A stretch of 60,374 nt of DNA, counting the filler, from Blastocystis sp. subtype 4 (Eukaryota), in the NCBI RefSeq assembly GCF_000743755.1. It is 3 parts of 3 records of this genome, joined end to end, with 100 filler letters (N's around TTAATTAATTAA, not from the genome) between each part and the next. Parts side by side here need not be neighbours in the genome. Positions count along the whole stretch, not along the records: positions 38,321 to 60,374 come from NW_014569330.1; 2 more parts are not named here. The stretch is one strand, 5' to 3'. The notes under the pieces are model-generated. The model ran no database searches. It had not been told where the DNA came from and saw only the letters and a program-made list of their open reading frames with translations. Shown here piece after piece: positions 49,080 to 60,374 of this stretch. Position 1 is the stretch's first letter. Every line of letters begins with the position of its first letter. Made by a program: the position numbers and the translations under genes.

Positions 49080-49263
49080 GTTTCTTAGTTTATTGGGTTG
49101 TTTTCTTCTAATACGCATTACATAGATAGGATGTCAAACTGCCGTTTTGGTGAGAACTACGATTTGTATCCATTTTCAGCGATTCCATGAAAAGGGTTGA
49201 TTTTATGGAAAGAGAATATTCTCACTTTTTCTTCCTTTCGTGTCCTAACGGACGCAAGTCGTT

Positions 49264-51197
49264 ATGATGTCAGAAGAGACTATAAATCAATTCCACAAGG
49301 GCTATATGACCAAGTTGTACATTACTACCTTGTTTTATCAACTTGGGAATTCACTCATTCTCCCTATTGTTCCATATCTTGCCAATAATTTGAATGCGGA
49401 CAGTACTCAGTACGGCCTGTCATTTACTGTTTACTATATTACGCAGTTCATAAGTGAAGAATCCTATTCTTCGTGACATCTAGGTTCACTGGGTCTAGGA
49501 AAAGTCAGTGACAAATATGGACGGCGATTGGCGCTGTCTATTGGCCATTTAGGATTGACAATCTGTAGGCTTTTGGATTGTGTATGATGGTAGTCACTAT
49601 GTGCCAACTTTTTACCAATAATGCATGGATTTTTATCCTATTCCGAGCATTGACTGGATTGTTCGATGCTTCAACCCCTCTGTTTCAAGCGTAATGCTTT
49701 AAAACAAATTCTGACCCCTAGTTGTGTAGGAGATGTAACAACTTCCAACAAACGAGCACATTATCTTTCTCAATTGGAATCAGTAAATAATGTGGCTCAG
49801 GCAGTAGGTCCTTTGATTGGCGGGTTTCTCTCTACATTCTCTCTTAACTATGCTTTGTAAACATGGTGATACTTGTTGATATGCAGAATTGCCACAACTG
49901 TCTTTTATGTCATAGCTACAATCACAGCAATATTCTTCCTAGACGAGAGCAATCCCACGATTCTAGAGCGACGTCGCATTCTCCAGAATTTGAAAGAACA
50001 GCATCTCGACAAAGATGCTTATGAGGAACAGAAGAGGCGAATTCTCTTCCAGCTAGACGTACAGCGTATTGTCATGAATGAATCATTGATGCATAGAATC
50101 GGGAATGAGATCGCAATCTTCGTCTTCATTAGCCGCAAACAAGAAGTGGAAGATGAATTATGTGATGGTAATTGCTCTGATCGGCGAGTTCTGTAATCGC
50201 TGGATCATAAATATCTTTGATGTCTCATTCGCTGCATTCGGAGAAGAGCGATATCAGATGTCGTCAGCTGAATTCTGGTAAGTATGAAGTGATGAAATCA
50301 AAGATAGTTTCGCTTCGGGTTTTGGTAGTGTGATTAATGTGATCCAAACAGGATGGCTGTTCAATGTGTTTTTGAAGTGTGGTTTGTCTATTCCATTGAT
50401 TACGTCCTTTGCAGGAATCACTGGAAGTATGCTCATACAATTGTCTTGACTCCTAGTTATCGGAGTTCTGTTATGTGTTTTCTCGACGAATAAAATCGTG
50501 GCTATTTGTGGCAGTCTCTGTTTCGTGATAGCGTATGGTTTTGCAGCACCCACTGCACCGACCGTGATGTCAGTAGGTGTGAGGAAGGAGTATGATATAG
50601 ACGGAATCAACTAGCAACACACAGGGAGTGGCTACATCTCTAGTCTTAATCGGTGGCCAGTCAGCTTATATCGCAGCACCATCAATTCTGGGTGGGTTAT
50701 ATGCTAAGGGAGATACTGTACCATTCCTTGTGAGTATCGTGCCATGTGGAGGTTGATGAGAGAATTGATATGTAGGTGGTGTGCTTATCATTGTGATGAT
50801 GGTATTGCATTTCATTCCAGGAGGAAAGACTGCTGGACAAGTACCATTACGATATGCTTTGGAGAACCTGGCAAAGGAAACGAAGATGGAAGGTGTGGAT
50901 AATGAGAATGAGTTGGAGGAGCTGGGACGCTCTGGAGAACGAATATCTGATAAGAAACCTAGTGATAATGATCATGATGTGATGATTGAAATGACCACAA
51001 TGAATAAGAAAAGTGAAGATAATGATGTTCAGATCGTTGTGTCTGGACAGAGGAGTATTGATGAAGATGATTTCTTTGTACCTCCACGTTTCTTGGGAAT
51101 GAGATCAACACCTCAGGAGGAGTCAGCGAGTGACAATGATGCTGTAGCCCATGAAATGACTGGGGATGAAGAGTCTAGAGAGGAAATGGCTATTTGA
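49264..51197 (+). CDS. MFS transporter (DHA1/TetA-like)
   Basis: LILPIVPYL, motif A GKVSDKYGRR, FRALTGLF, VGPLIGGFL; many TM exons; acidic tail. TGA ends 5 nt before TGTTTGTT (51202-51209). Confidence 0.9.
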
Positions 51198-51266
51198 AGG
51201 TTGTTTGTTGAACGAATTCTTTGACCGAATCTATAGAGGAGTTTCATGATTGTTCATTCTTTCACA

Positions 51267-54200
51267 ATGAGTGGAGTACTATGGAGTTTTGAGAAGATGA
51301 GGAAGCTCCTCGTCGACCCTGACAAGTTCAATCAAACGTGACCCTTGTTGTCGCAGTTGATGGATAGTGATGGAGCAAGAATGGTGTTTGATGAATGGTA
51401 TCGTGTTGCAAAAATGTTTGCTCAAGGAAAGGTTGATGCAGGTGAGGACTAGAGGAGCTGATTACGGCTTAGACCAAATAGTTGCTTGTACCGAGGATTG
51501 CTTTCAGACAATGTTTATTTCGTATGCTCCTGGAGTATTTACGAAGCCCAACATGGATTACTATGTGATTTCTTCTTTGATGAAGGCATTCAGGAATATT
51601 CTGATGATTTTAAATACAAAGCCAAAGTTCCAGGTCCTCAGAGATAATCCTCGTTTTGTCCCTATCATGAGCTGGCTCCAACAGTGCATTATTCCTCAAC
51701 TCGTTGTTGGAGCTAAGAATGACCGAGTTAGAAATGATACCTGAGTCGCATGTAGATTGATTCGATTGCCCGTGTGGAGTATTCCGAATCGATCTGGGCT
51801 CTTCTTGAGTTTAGTCGTTCGCTAGCATCCACATACAACTTAGTGTATCCTACAGTCCCATGCTATCTCTATTCTCTTGATTTTTTTACAATCGCTTTCA
51901 ACGTGTTATCTTTTTGTGATTCTAATTAATAGACTGCAGAGAATCTGAGTTTGCGTCAGTCCATCCTGCGTTCTGTGTCTGAAATGATTGAGATTGATTG
52001 TGTGAAGATGATGACCTTGGTGACTCCTCTTGTTCGTGATGCTGAAGGTTGTGCTGTGCTGTGGTCAATCACAACTTTGGCTAATAAAGAAGCGATTGAA
52101 GTGATGCAAAAGGGGATCACTGTAGTCATTCGAAAACGAGGCACAGAAGCTCTGTTATTATTCTATAACAGCATGAATGATTATGTGAGTGTAAGATTAT
52201 GTTGACTATCTGATGTTGAGAAACTTGCGATGCAAGTCACATCACTCTCAGAAAGCCTTACAAATGTTATTCTGTATCATTTCTGTAATATTGCAGCTAC
52301 AGTTGTTGCAAATACCACAGTTCCTAGTCGTAATGAACTTTCCACTATTCCCGAAGAGATTATTTCTGGTCGTGTGTTCTTACAATCACTTACTCACTAC
52401 TTTCCAAGTTAATTTGATTCGATTTGATAACAAACAGATAATTCATATGTTCTCGATTTTCTCTTCTCACTTTCCATCACTACTTTGTTCCCTGTTGCTT
52501 CCATTGCATCTCCATACATTGATTTGTATAATGATAACACTCTTCTTCGGTATCTTTTTCCATACTTACAAACAGTCATCTCATCTATGTCTATAGCAGG
52601 TGTATCTGGAAATGAAGAAGATCAGGATATAATTAACTTGTTGAGGGATGTGACTCTGTTTTTGCTGAATTCGTCAACTCGTCCAATAAATTATGAAGTT
52701 GGTCACATGTTGTTTTCTACCCTTCTTTTGGCAATGCGTCGTGGTTATATTGAAACAGAACGTTTCCCAGAAGCAACGGCGAATGTGATTGCATATTATG
52801 CAATCAAGCCGAGTTCTCTACCTTCAAATACTCAAGTAGATCCTTCAATTCGGGAGAGCAGTTCTTGGATTGCAGAGATTTTTGAAGACTCCGAGGATCG
52901 TCATCGCGATGTCCGAGCTATCAAGGAAGTGATTTGTGTTGTATTGGGAATGAAAGAAGTTGAGGGAACTATCAATAGCAAGATTGATACAGAGATTAGT
53001 GAGATGGTGATGGAGGCAGGAAACATTTAAATTTATTCATTTGTAGCAATTTCTACGTATTCGTCATATTGAAGTATTGCAAATCATGAAAGATATTCTT
53101 CTCACAGCTGATCTCAACAATTCAGATAGTATCTCTTTTAGTATGCAATCTAAACTGTTGTACAGTATAAACAATTGGATTATCAATGATTCAAGGTATA
53201 TTACTGGTGAGGACATTCAATCTGTGTTTCTTCCTCTTCTTCGTGCAATGACACCCATAATTCATGCTACTCTTTCCTATCTACTTCTTGAAGTCACAAC
53301 GCGTGTTCTTCTTTTGTATAATAATTTGGGAGGTGGAGGGAATTCTGGCCAATTAAATCACGAGGATTATATCGGGGACAATGGAAAGCAAGTGGATGCA
53401 ATTGCTGATGATTCTTTGATTTGTGGTATTTTAGAACGTGCTCCTCAAGATGAATCAGGAAATGAAGGAGAAATGTATTATACGTCAACAACCATTATTG
53501 AGAAGTGTTTAGCTCTTTCTGGTCCTTCTGCTCGTGTTGCATTGGCTCGTTTCTTCCCTTATTACTGTCTGACCGATGAGAATGTGGATGTTCGACGAAT
53601 CGCTCTCCAATCTATCTCTAAGTACCCAGATCTGGTTTATAAGTATTATAATGAGATTCTATTGAGGTAAGTCCTTTGCTTCCGAATTATGATCAGTTTG
53701 GAGATGCGAGTTGGTGGTGACGAGGCTCACATCAAGATTGGTTTGGCTGAACTCTATATTGCTGCTGCTCCAGTTCTGAAACTCCTTGCTATACATGATC
53801 TCACTTATATTCCGCAGTGTTTGATTTATCTCATTGAAGGTCTTTCTGCTACAGCCATCAACGATCCTCAAAGCCAACCTTCAGCTGCTATCATGGATGC
53901 ATTGCGAGAGATCTATGCAGGAGTAGATCATCGTTATATGAGCAGCATCCTTCAAGCAATTGATGCCTTCAATCCTGAGTACAATCATACTCTGTTAAAG
54001 TACTGTCCTCAATGGGGAACAGAAGGTACAACGACGTAACTATCATAGATAGGAATGATGATTAGATCGCCTATAAGTTCGGAGCAGACTCATGCTACGA
54101 CGGAACAGTATACTAATTGGATGAAATGATGAATTAGAGCGGAGATAACAGACAGTTGGTCACTCTACTGGAATTATGTGAAGTTAGCTCAAGAGAAGGG

Positions 54201-55449
54201 ACCCCAAGGATTTGTTGAGAGTCTGTATTATTTGAATGTAATTCGTACCAATGAAGCTTCGCCAATCCGTCAGCAACTCCTTACCAATTATCTAATGACA
54301 ACTCTGTTACCCACCATCAGTGCATATTTCCTTCCTCAACGGGGACCTGATCAACGATATCTCTTCACGCCTAGAGTTCTTCAGAATGCTGGAAGTGTGA
54401 TGCATGTCCTTCAAGTGATTCATCAACTCTTCCCTCAAGAAGGAGAGTATCTTCTTCATCTCTCAGAAATGGCTTATCAGTTGGTTCAGGCTGAGCGAGC
54501 TGCAGGTGCTGATCCTTCAATCATCGCTACTTTGGAGGCACAAGCGGCTTCCTTAACTCCAACCCAACCTCAGGGGTATGTTCCGCCACAGCAGTTAACA
54601 CGTACACAACTCCTCCAGCAACAATTCTATCGTCCTTCCTTAGTGCCATCACAACCAGCTCGCTCAGCATCCTATATATCACCTCAGCAAGCAGCAAGGC
54701 CATCTCAGGTTCCTCATGTGACGTACGTACAATATCCAGTGGTCCAGAGTGCCAATCCCCAGCAGAGAGAAAATGAAGAGCGAGCGCGTGCTGAGGCCAG
54801 TATCGAGGCCCACAAGGAGGAAGTACAAGCAATGATGCAACGTGTATTGAATCCGAAGCAGACATCCGACCAAGTATTTCCACAGTTGCCTACTGGTAGT
54901 GTGGTGGTGAATGAGAATGCAGAGAAGCTGCAGATGCTGGGTGTGGATCCACTGCTTACGCGGTCGTGTAGGTGTGATGAGAAGAGATGATGTGTAGCAT
55001 CAAAGGCGAGCCTAACAGGGGTGGAAATTGAGTTTACAAATGCTCCTGAGATTGTAGAGGAGAAGGGAGAAGTGAAGGAAGAGACGAAAGAGGAGGAAGA
55101 AGTGAAGGAAGAGACGAAAGAGGAGGAAGAAGTGAAGGAAGAGACGAAAGAGGAGGAAGAAGCGAGAGAAGAGACTAAGGAGGATACTCACAACATCGAA
55201 GAAGAAACCAAAGAAGCAACTTGTGATACCCAGGAAGAATCACATATAATGACTGAAGACACACCTGCAATTCCTTCCCAAGGAATACCAAACGGAAATG
55301 TAACTCTCCCTCAAACTTTAGAGGTTAAGCCTCCTGTTGCCATCACTTTTGCATCTCTGGAGTCACTACCATCTGTACCAACAACAGCTCCTGTAATCAT
55401 TGACTCCTCCGATTCGGAACTTGAAGAAACTACAGCTGAATGTGATTAA
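51267..55449 (+). CDS. Large hypothetical helical (ARM/HEAT-like) protein with Q/P-rich and acidic C-terminal regions
   Basis: Consecutive + exons joined by short introns; DENVDVRRIALQSI looks HEAT-like. No family recognised. Confidence 0.6.
55069..55158 (+). repeat. Coding tandem repeat, 3 x 30 bp (EVKEETKEEE), followed by a degenerate fourth copy
   Basis: GAAGTGAAGGAAGAGACGAAAGAGGAGGAA repeated exactly three times. Confidence 0.92.
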
Positions 55450-55465
55450 AACAAACAGTATTTGT

Positions 55466-56305
55466 TTACATGAAATCGTCTTCATAAGCTCTCGCAGAAC
55501 TCACATCACTTGACTTGGTCATAAAGTCGTTGTAATCCATCAACTCTGTATGCTCAAAGATACGACTACAAATCATAAACACATACATACTCGCACTCAT
55601 AACTCTGCTCTGCCTTTTTCTTTTTATTGGCTTCGGTTTCCTGTTTCTCACGAATACGCTGCTCCTTCAAAGCCTTCTTCTTTTCACGTAACTCTTCTGC
55701 ATCACGAATCTCACGCTCCTTTTGGAAATCAGGCTGTGCTTCCACCTTAGTTTTCTCAATTCGATTCACAATCATTCGATCACGAGATACACCAATCTTC
55801 TTGTGTACATCCTTTGTATTGTGGAAACCGATCGTACCTGTGTCCATATCCTGACCCTTTCGAAGGTTACTCCACATTGTATACACCTATATATCAATAT
55901 GAGAGAACAACTAGACGATGTTCACTTTAGGCATCTTAACACCACTAATTGAATGATTCTACAAGTCAATTCTCTTTCAGATACACACTTTCACCAACTG
56001 GAAAACATCTTCCAGAGTCTCCTCAGGAATATCGTCAATAGTCTCTCCCTTAACCATTAATGACTCTGAAATTGCCTACCTTATTCAATCGAATATATAC
56101 GTGTGCAGACGATACTTCATCCACATGAAACCTATTGATCAAATAAACAACCTTAATAACGCACCAGACATCTTCTGGCCAACCATAAGCAATCAAATCT
56201 TCATTTTCATATTTGTCCTTTCCCATAAAGCATTTGTAGCCACCTAGAGATGAGAATAACTAAAACACTTGAGAACGTACCTCGAATAGTGTAGAAAAAG
56301 ACCAT
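55466..56305 (-). CDS. CCDC25: CCDC25/Jlp2 (NFACT-R domain) protein
   Basis: MVFFY.., [56 protein letters not shown]-terminal YEDDFM. Confidence 0.93.
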
Positions 56306-56369
56306 GACACCAAAAAACAAGAATATATTAACAAACAAATGTAAGCACCAATTCAACAGTAAACGTTCC

Positions 56370-56843
56370 TTAAGCCAGAATCTCGTAAGGGAGAACGTAC
56401 ACAGTCTTGATGGGCTTGGTAGGAACCACAGTGTGGCAAGCACGAGGTTGAGCGGGGATTCTCTTCAGGCACACCTTCTCTCCCTTGTTCTCACGCTTGA
56501 TAGCCTCGTTCTTCTTCACACGGTTCAGATGCTCCATTCTGCACTTTGAAGGTCTCACATGCTCAACCTTCACATGGATTCTCTTCTTGATGATGCGATT
56601 TCTCACCTGCTTGTTCACCTCCACACCCACAGCGGTCTTGGTCACATCAAACACCACTCCAGTGCGTCCGTGGTAACCCTTGAAAGGCATACCCTTATGG
56701 ATGGAGCCATTGGCCTTAATATCAACGTAGTCTCCATACTTGTAGCAGCGCATGTAAGTGGAGAGAGGAATCACTCCGTGGTCACGGAAGTCTCTCTTGA
56801 ACATATGACGAGTACGAGCACGATATCCGTTAGCGTGAGGCAT
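56370..56843 (-). CDS. RPL21: 60S ribosomal protein eL21 (intronless)
   Basis: [52 protein letters not shown]. Confidence 0.98.
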   Translation of the reverse strand: MPHANGYRARTRHMFKRDFRDHGVIPLSTYMRCYKYGDYVDIKANGSIHKGMPFKGYHGRTGVVFDVTKTAVGVEVNKQVRNRIIKKRIHVKVEHVRPSKCRMEHLNRVKKNEAIKRENKGEKVCLKRIPAQPRACHTVVPTKPIKTVYVLPYEILA

Positions 56844-57154
56844 TGTCTACATTCATGGTTAATTCACCCTGTGACATTTCAGAGAACGAAAGACAGAACG
56901 ACTGGATGAAGTGAATCAGGACCTTCTCGGATTAAGATACAGTCCGTAATGACAATGAAACCTACTTCTGATCTTTTGGTGCGTAAATACTGTAAATCGA
57001 ACAAGCGAATTGAAGGGACGAATGGACCCAGGGGTAACAATGGAATTATAGGAAGGAAAATACAGTCTTCAGATGTGCTTCTAACCGATTCCTTTTTTGT
57101 CCACTTTCAACAAAGATAAGGTGAATGAAGTCAAATTAATCCTCCCTAAATGAC

Positions 57155-58117
57155 TTATTCCTGCTTCTCTTTCTTTTCCTTCTTTTCCTTCTTGTCTTTC
57201 TTATCCTTCTTTTCTTTCTTATCCTTCTTATCCTTCTTTTCTTTCTTTTCTTTCTTATCCTTCTTTTCTTTCTTATCCTTCTTATCCTTCTTATCCTTCT
57301 TATCTTCCTTTTCTTCCTCCTCCTTTTCTTCCTCCTCCTTTTCTTCCTTTTCCTCTTCCTCTTCTTTTTCTTCTTCTTTCACTTCCTCTTTCACTTCCTG
57401 CTTCTCCTCTTCATCATTGAATGACTTGTGGGTATTTCCACTGTAGGTATTTCCGCTGTAGGTATTTCCATTGCGTCTTTCCTTGTTTTGAGGAGCATTA
57501 GGAGTAAAGGCACGAATGGTAATTGTACGTCCATCCAACTCAGTTTCATTCACTCCCTGGATGGCTTTCTGCATATCCTCCTCATTAGTGAAACGAGCAA
57601 TAGCACAGCCACGAGAATTACCAGTCTTGCGATCCATCAACACACGGCATTCTTCTAAAGGTCCATAGGGAGTAAGCAGATCCTGGATCCCCTCTGTAGT
57701 GGTGTTCCAAGAAAGGTTGTTGATAATGACCTTGTTGGTGTCGTTATAGGTTCTGTTGTTGTTAGATTCATTCGAAGCAGGTCTTTCCGAAGCCTTCTGA
57801 ATGTTTAACTTGCGTCCTTCACAATCCTAACGATTGCACCAACGATTTGTCCCTACACATCCATCCATTCCGATACAGGCCTTGAAGCCATTCTCATCAC
57901 GGAAGGTAACAAATCCAAAACCACGAGATTTCTTAGTTCCCTTCTGATAGACAATCTGGCTCTTATTCCACAGAAATAGACTTACACGACAATTATCAAT
58001 GTCTCCACAATTGCAAAAGAAGTCGTAGAGACCATTCTCATCCATAGACCAAGGAAGACCTAGAGGTCATAGAGCTATCCTTTCCATACCAAAAATAACA
58101 CATGTGTTGTCAGACAT
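57155..58117 (-). CDS. Two-RRM RNA-binding protein with acidic and KKE/KKD tail (probably nucleolar)
   Basis: RNP2 VIFG|LPW and IINNLSW; RNP1 RGFGFVTF and RGCAIARF; KKDKKEK repeat tail. Confidence 0.85.
57158..57412 (-). repeat. Low-complexity coding repeat (E-rich run, then KKD/KKE 9-bp units)
   Basis: Pyrimidine-rich tract on + with repeated TTCTTATCC / TTCTTTTCT units. Confidence 0.9.
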
Positions 58118-58184
58118 CGCTAAAAAAGTGGTAGGAAAAGAATCATGAACAAACAAAACCAACATAAAAGCATTGCTCATAAAC

Positions 58185-59237
58185 TTAGACCTTTCCCGCA
58201 GCCTTCATCAAGTTGAACATGGCCTCTCCAATCATAGCAGGAGTATCCACAACCTTGACACCAGCAGCCTACACCTCATTTACCTCCCCTTCTCTTACAG
58301 TAAGAGCCTCCATCTTTGCCTTCGCAGTTCCCTTTCCTCCACTAATGATGGCACCAGCATGACCCATTCGTCTGCCAGGAGGAGCCGTACGACCTGCAAT
58401 GAAGCTCACCACAGGCTTGTTAGGATCTCCATACTGCTTCAACCAGTCAGCAGCTTCCTCTTCGGCAGTTCCTCCAATCTCTCCAATCATCACAATACCT
58501 TCTGTCTGAGGATCGTTTGTGAAACGCTCCAAACAATCAATGAAGTTAGTGCCATTGAAAGGATCACCTCCAATACCCACAACAGTTGACTGACCCAGTC
58601 CATAAGTTGAAGTCTGCCACACAGCCTCATAGGTCAGAGTACCAGAACGAGACACAATACCAATCTTACCAGCCTTATGGATGTAACCAGGCATAATACC
58701 AATCTTGCACTCACCAGGCTTGATGATTCCAGGACAGTTGGGTCCGATCAAACGAGAAGCCTTCTGGCTCTTCATGATATCCTTCACACGCAGCATATCG
58801 TGCTGAGGAATTCCTTCAGTGATACACACAATCAGAGGAATCTCAGCAGCCACAGCCTCAAGAATAGCTCCAGCAGCTCCACTAGGAGGTACATAAATGA
58901 CAGTGGCATCTGCGTTCGTTGCTTTCTTGGCCTACTGTTTACTCCCTCTCCACACATCCTACCTCAGCAACACTTGCGAAAATAGGAAGGCCAAGATGAG
59001 TGCTTCCAGCCTTCTTAGGATTCACTCCTCCTACCATCTTCGTTCCGTACTCAATAGCTTGTTGAGTATGGAAAGTACCCTACATTCATAACCTTTGTAT
59101 GAACAACATTCTACATTCTTTCCAGTAATTCCCTGACCAAGAACCTTTGTATTCTTATCGACCCACACACGAGCAGTACTGCTGGCACGAGCAAGAGAGA
59201 AACCCACACGGGAGACCTGACAAACACGAGAAAGCAT
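58185..59237 (-). CDS. SUCLG1: Succinyl-CoA synthetase alpha subunit
   Basis: MLSRV presequence, [49 protein letters not shown] (phospho-His). Confidence 0.97.
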
Positions 59238-59686
59238 CCTACACTTTTTTCTTATGGAGAATGGACGAATCTGATGATGAGTTCCACGTTTCCACCTTTT
59301 GGCAAAAGCCTTCCTCAGTTGCTTTTGATTAGAATAAGGGTTTTCACTTTGTTAGGACTTATGTTGTTTAAGTGATACCGATGTTGAGAGTCTGTGGGAA
59401 GTGGCTGTCGAGGTATCCATTTGTATTCATGGAACTGCATCAATTACCATAGTATCGCATTCATTTGAAAGATGTTATCACTTTCTTCCATTTGTTCCTT
59501 TCAACTGTAATCCCATAAGCTACATCGATTAATAACACTCTTTGATCATTCCAAGTTCTATTTCTTTCAAACAACGACATGAAGTAGAATCGCGGTTCTT
59601 TTGAGTTAGTCACGATTATTCAATAAGTGTAGGTATCAATTAACCTTTCATTTCTAACCTTTATAGAACCCAACTTGTAAGATTTG

Positions 59687-60186
59687 ATGGACGTATGATG
59701 AATTGATTGTTGTGTTGACATTGTAGACTGAAACAACGGCAAATTTCACTACAGGTACAATTCGGAGTGTTGGCTGACTTATTCTATAGAAAAGGGACGT
59801 GGAGTGGGTACGACATCAGCCGATGAAGAGAGTCGACGTTATGAAGGACGGGCAGGTCGTTTTGATAAAATAGAAACTACGGGAACTGGACCGTGTCCTT
59901 GTATTTCTTCAAAGAGGGTTTTGACTTATAGCTATCGAAGGTTGGATTATTTTCCTGACAGATATTCACGAGGAGGCACAAGAAGAGGATGTATTAGATT
60001 TATGTTCGGAATATGGCTCCATTAAGAACTTTCACATGAACTTAGATCGTCGTACTGGATTTATTAAGGGATATGCCCTTGTGGAGTATGAAACGTTTGA
60101 AGATGCAAAAAGGGCTATTGAGAATCTGGAAGGAGCATCTGTTTTGGGCCAAAAGATCCACGCTAATTGGGCCTTTGTGAAGGGAT
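59687..60186 (+). CDS. RBM8A: Exon junction complex protein Y14; stop predicted to be completed by poly(A)
   Basis: [50 protein letters not shown]. In-frame T at 60186 lies 5 nt before TGTTTGTT (60191-60198). Confidence 0.94.
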
Positions 60187-60277
60187 ATCCTGTTTGTTAA
60201 TGTACAGAGTCGATACTCTAACGACAGTCATCTCTGAACAAACACCACAATAGAGCTCTACATCAGCAACACCTTCC

Positions 60278-60374
60278 TTATTCCTCAGTGGTGTTCTTTC
60301 CATTTCTTCTAGCCACACGTCCAGGACGACCACCTCCATAGGGAGAGTTCTCAGCGAACTGAATGTGCTTCTCT
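60278..60374 (-). CDS. RPS9: 40S ribosomal protein uS4/S9, 3' end
   Basis: EKHIQFAENSPYGGGRPGRVARRN..TEE-TAA matches the S9 C-terminal SPYGGGRPGRV motif. Confidence 0.88.
   Translation of the reverse strand, partial: EKHIQFAENSPYGGGRPGRVARRNGKNTTEE

Noticed and set aside
53007..53046. GC-AG intron (53016-53046)
   Set aside because: A GT-AG alternative (53007-53046) has the same phase; cannot decide without reads.
55069..55158. 30-bp direct repeats as a CRISPR array
   Set aside because: No spacers, in-frame coding repeat, eukaryotic context.
744..60186. Fragmented ORFs as pseudogenes or an alternative genetic code
   Set aside because: The breaks examined resolve as short GT-AG or AT-AC introns under the standard code.
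1..60374. tRNA, rRNA, snRNA or transposon sequences
   Set aside because: None recognised by eye. Small ncRNAs cannot be excluded without covariance-model searches.

Overview
A very compact, intron-rich eukaryotic nuclear region with about 39 protein-coding genes in 60 kb. It has spliceosomal introns of about 30 nt and often less than 150 nt between genes. A TGTTTGTT-like motif sits just downstream of many genes. This combination matches the anaerobic gut stramenopile Blastocystis (inference from sequence features, not a database match). Two 100-nt artificial gap spacers (N44-TTAATTAATTAA-N44) split the window into three pieces. Gene models were rebuilt by hand-splicing, so internal exon boundaries are not all verified. 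The content is housekeeping, including mitochondrion-related-organelle proteins (AMT, NDUFS8, SUCLG1). I found no rRNA, tRNA, CRISPR array or mobile element. Main signals: (1) four 39-41 nt AT-AC (U12-type) introns, in EXOC1, FANCL, DGAT2 and LITAF, each needed to keep the reading frame and each with a very short branch-to-acceptor distance; (2) six genes whose stop codon is predicted to be created by polyadenylation, including a convergent pair sharing one perfect 14-bp palindrome and a PDI whose KDEL-like tail (ESEL) is C-terminal only after poly(A) addition; (3) a ~650-nt uORF-rich region upstream of AdoMetDC with a uORF ending 1 nt before the start codon; (4) an eL40 fused to a highly divergent ubiquitin; (5) an adenylate-forming-fold protein lacking its P-loop. 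Poly(A)-made stops and minor introns are, as I recall, already reported for Blastocystis in general, so novelty lies in the specific instances rather than in a proven new system.
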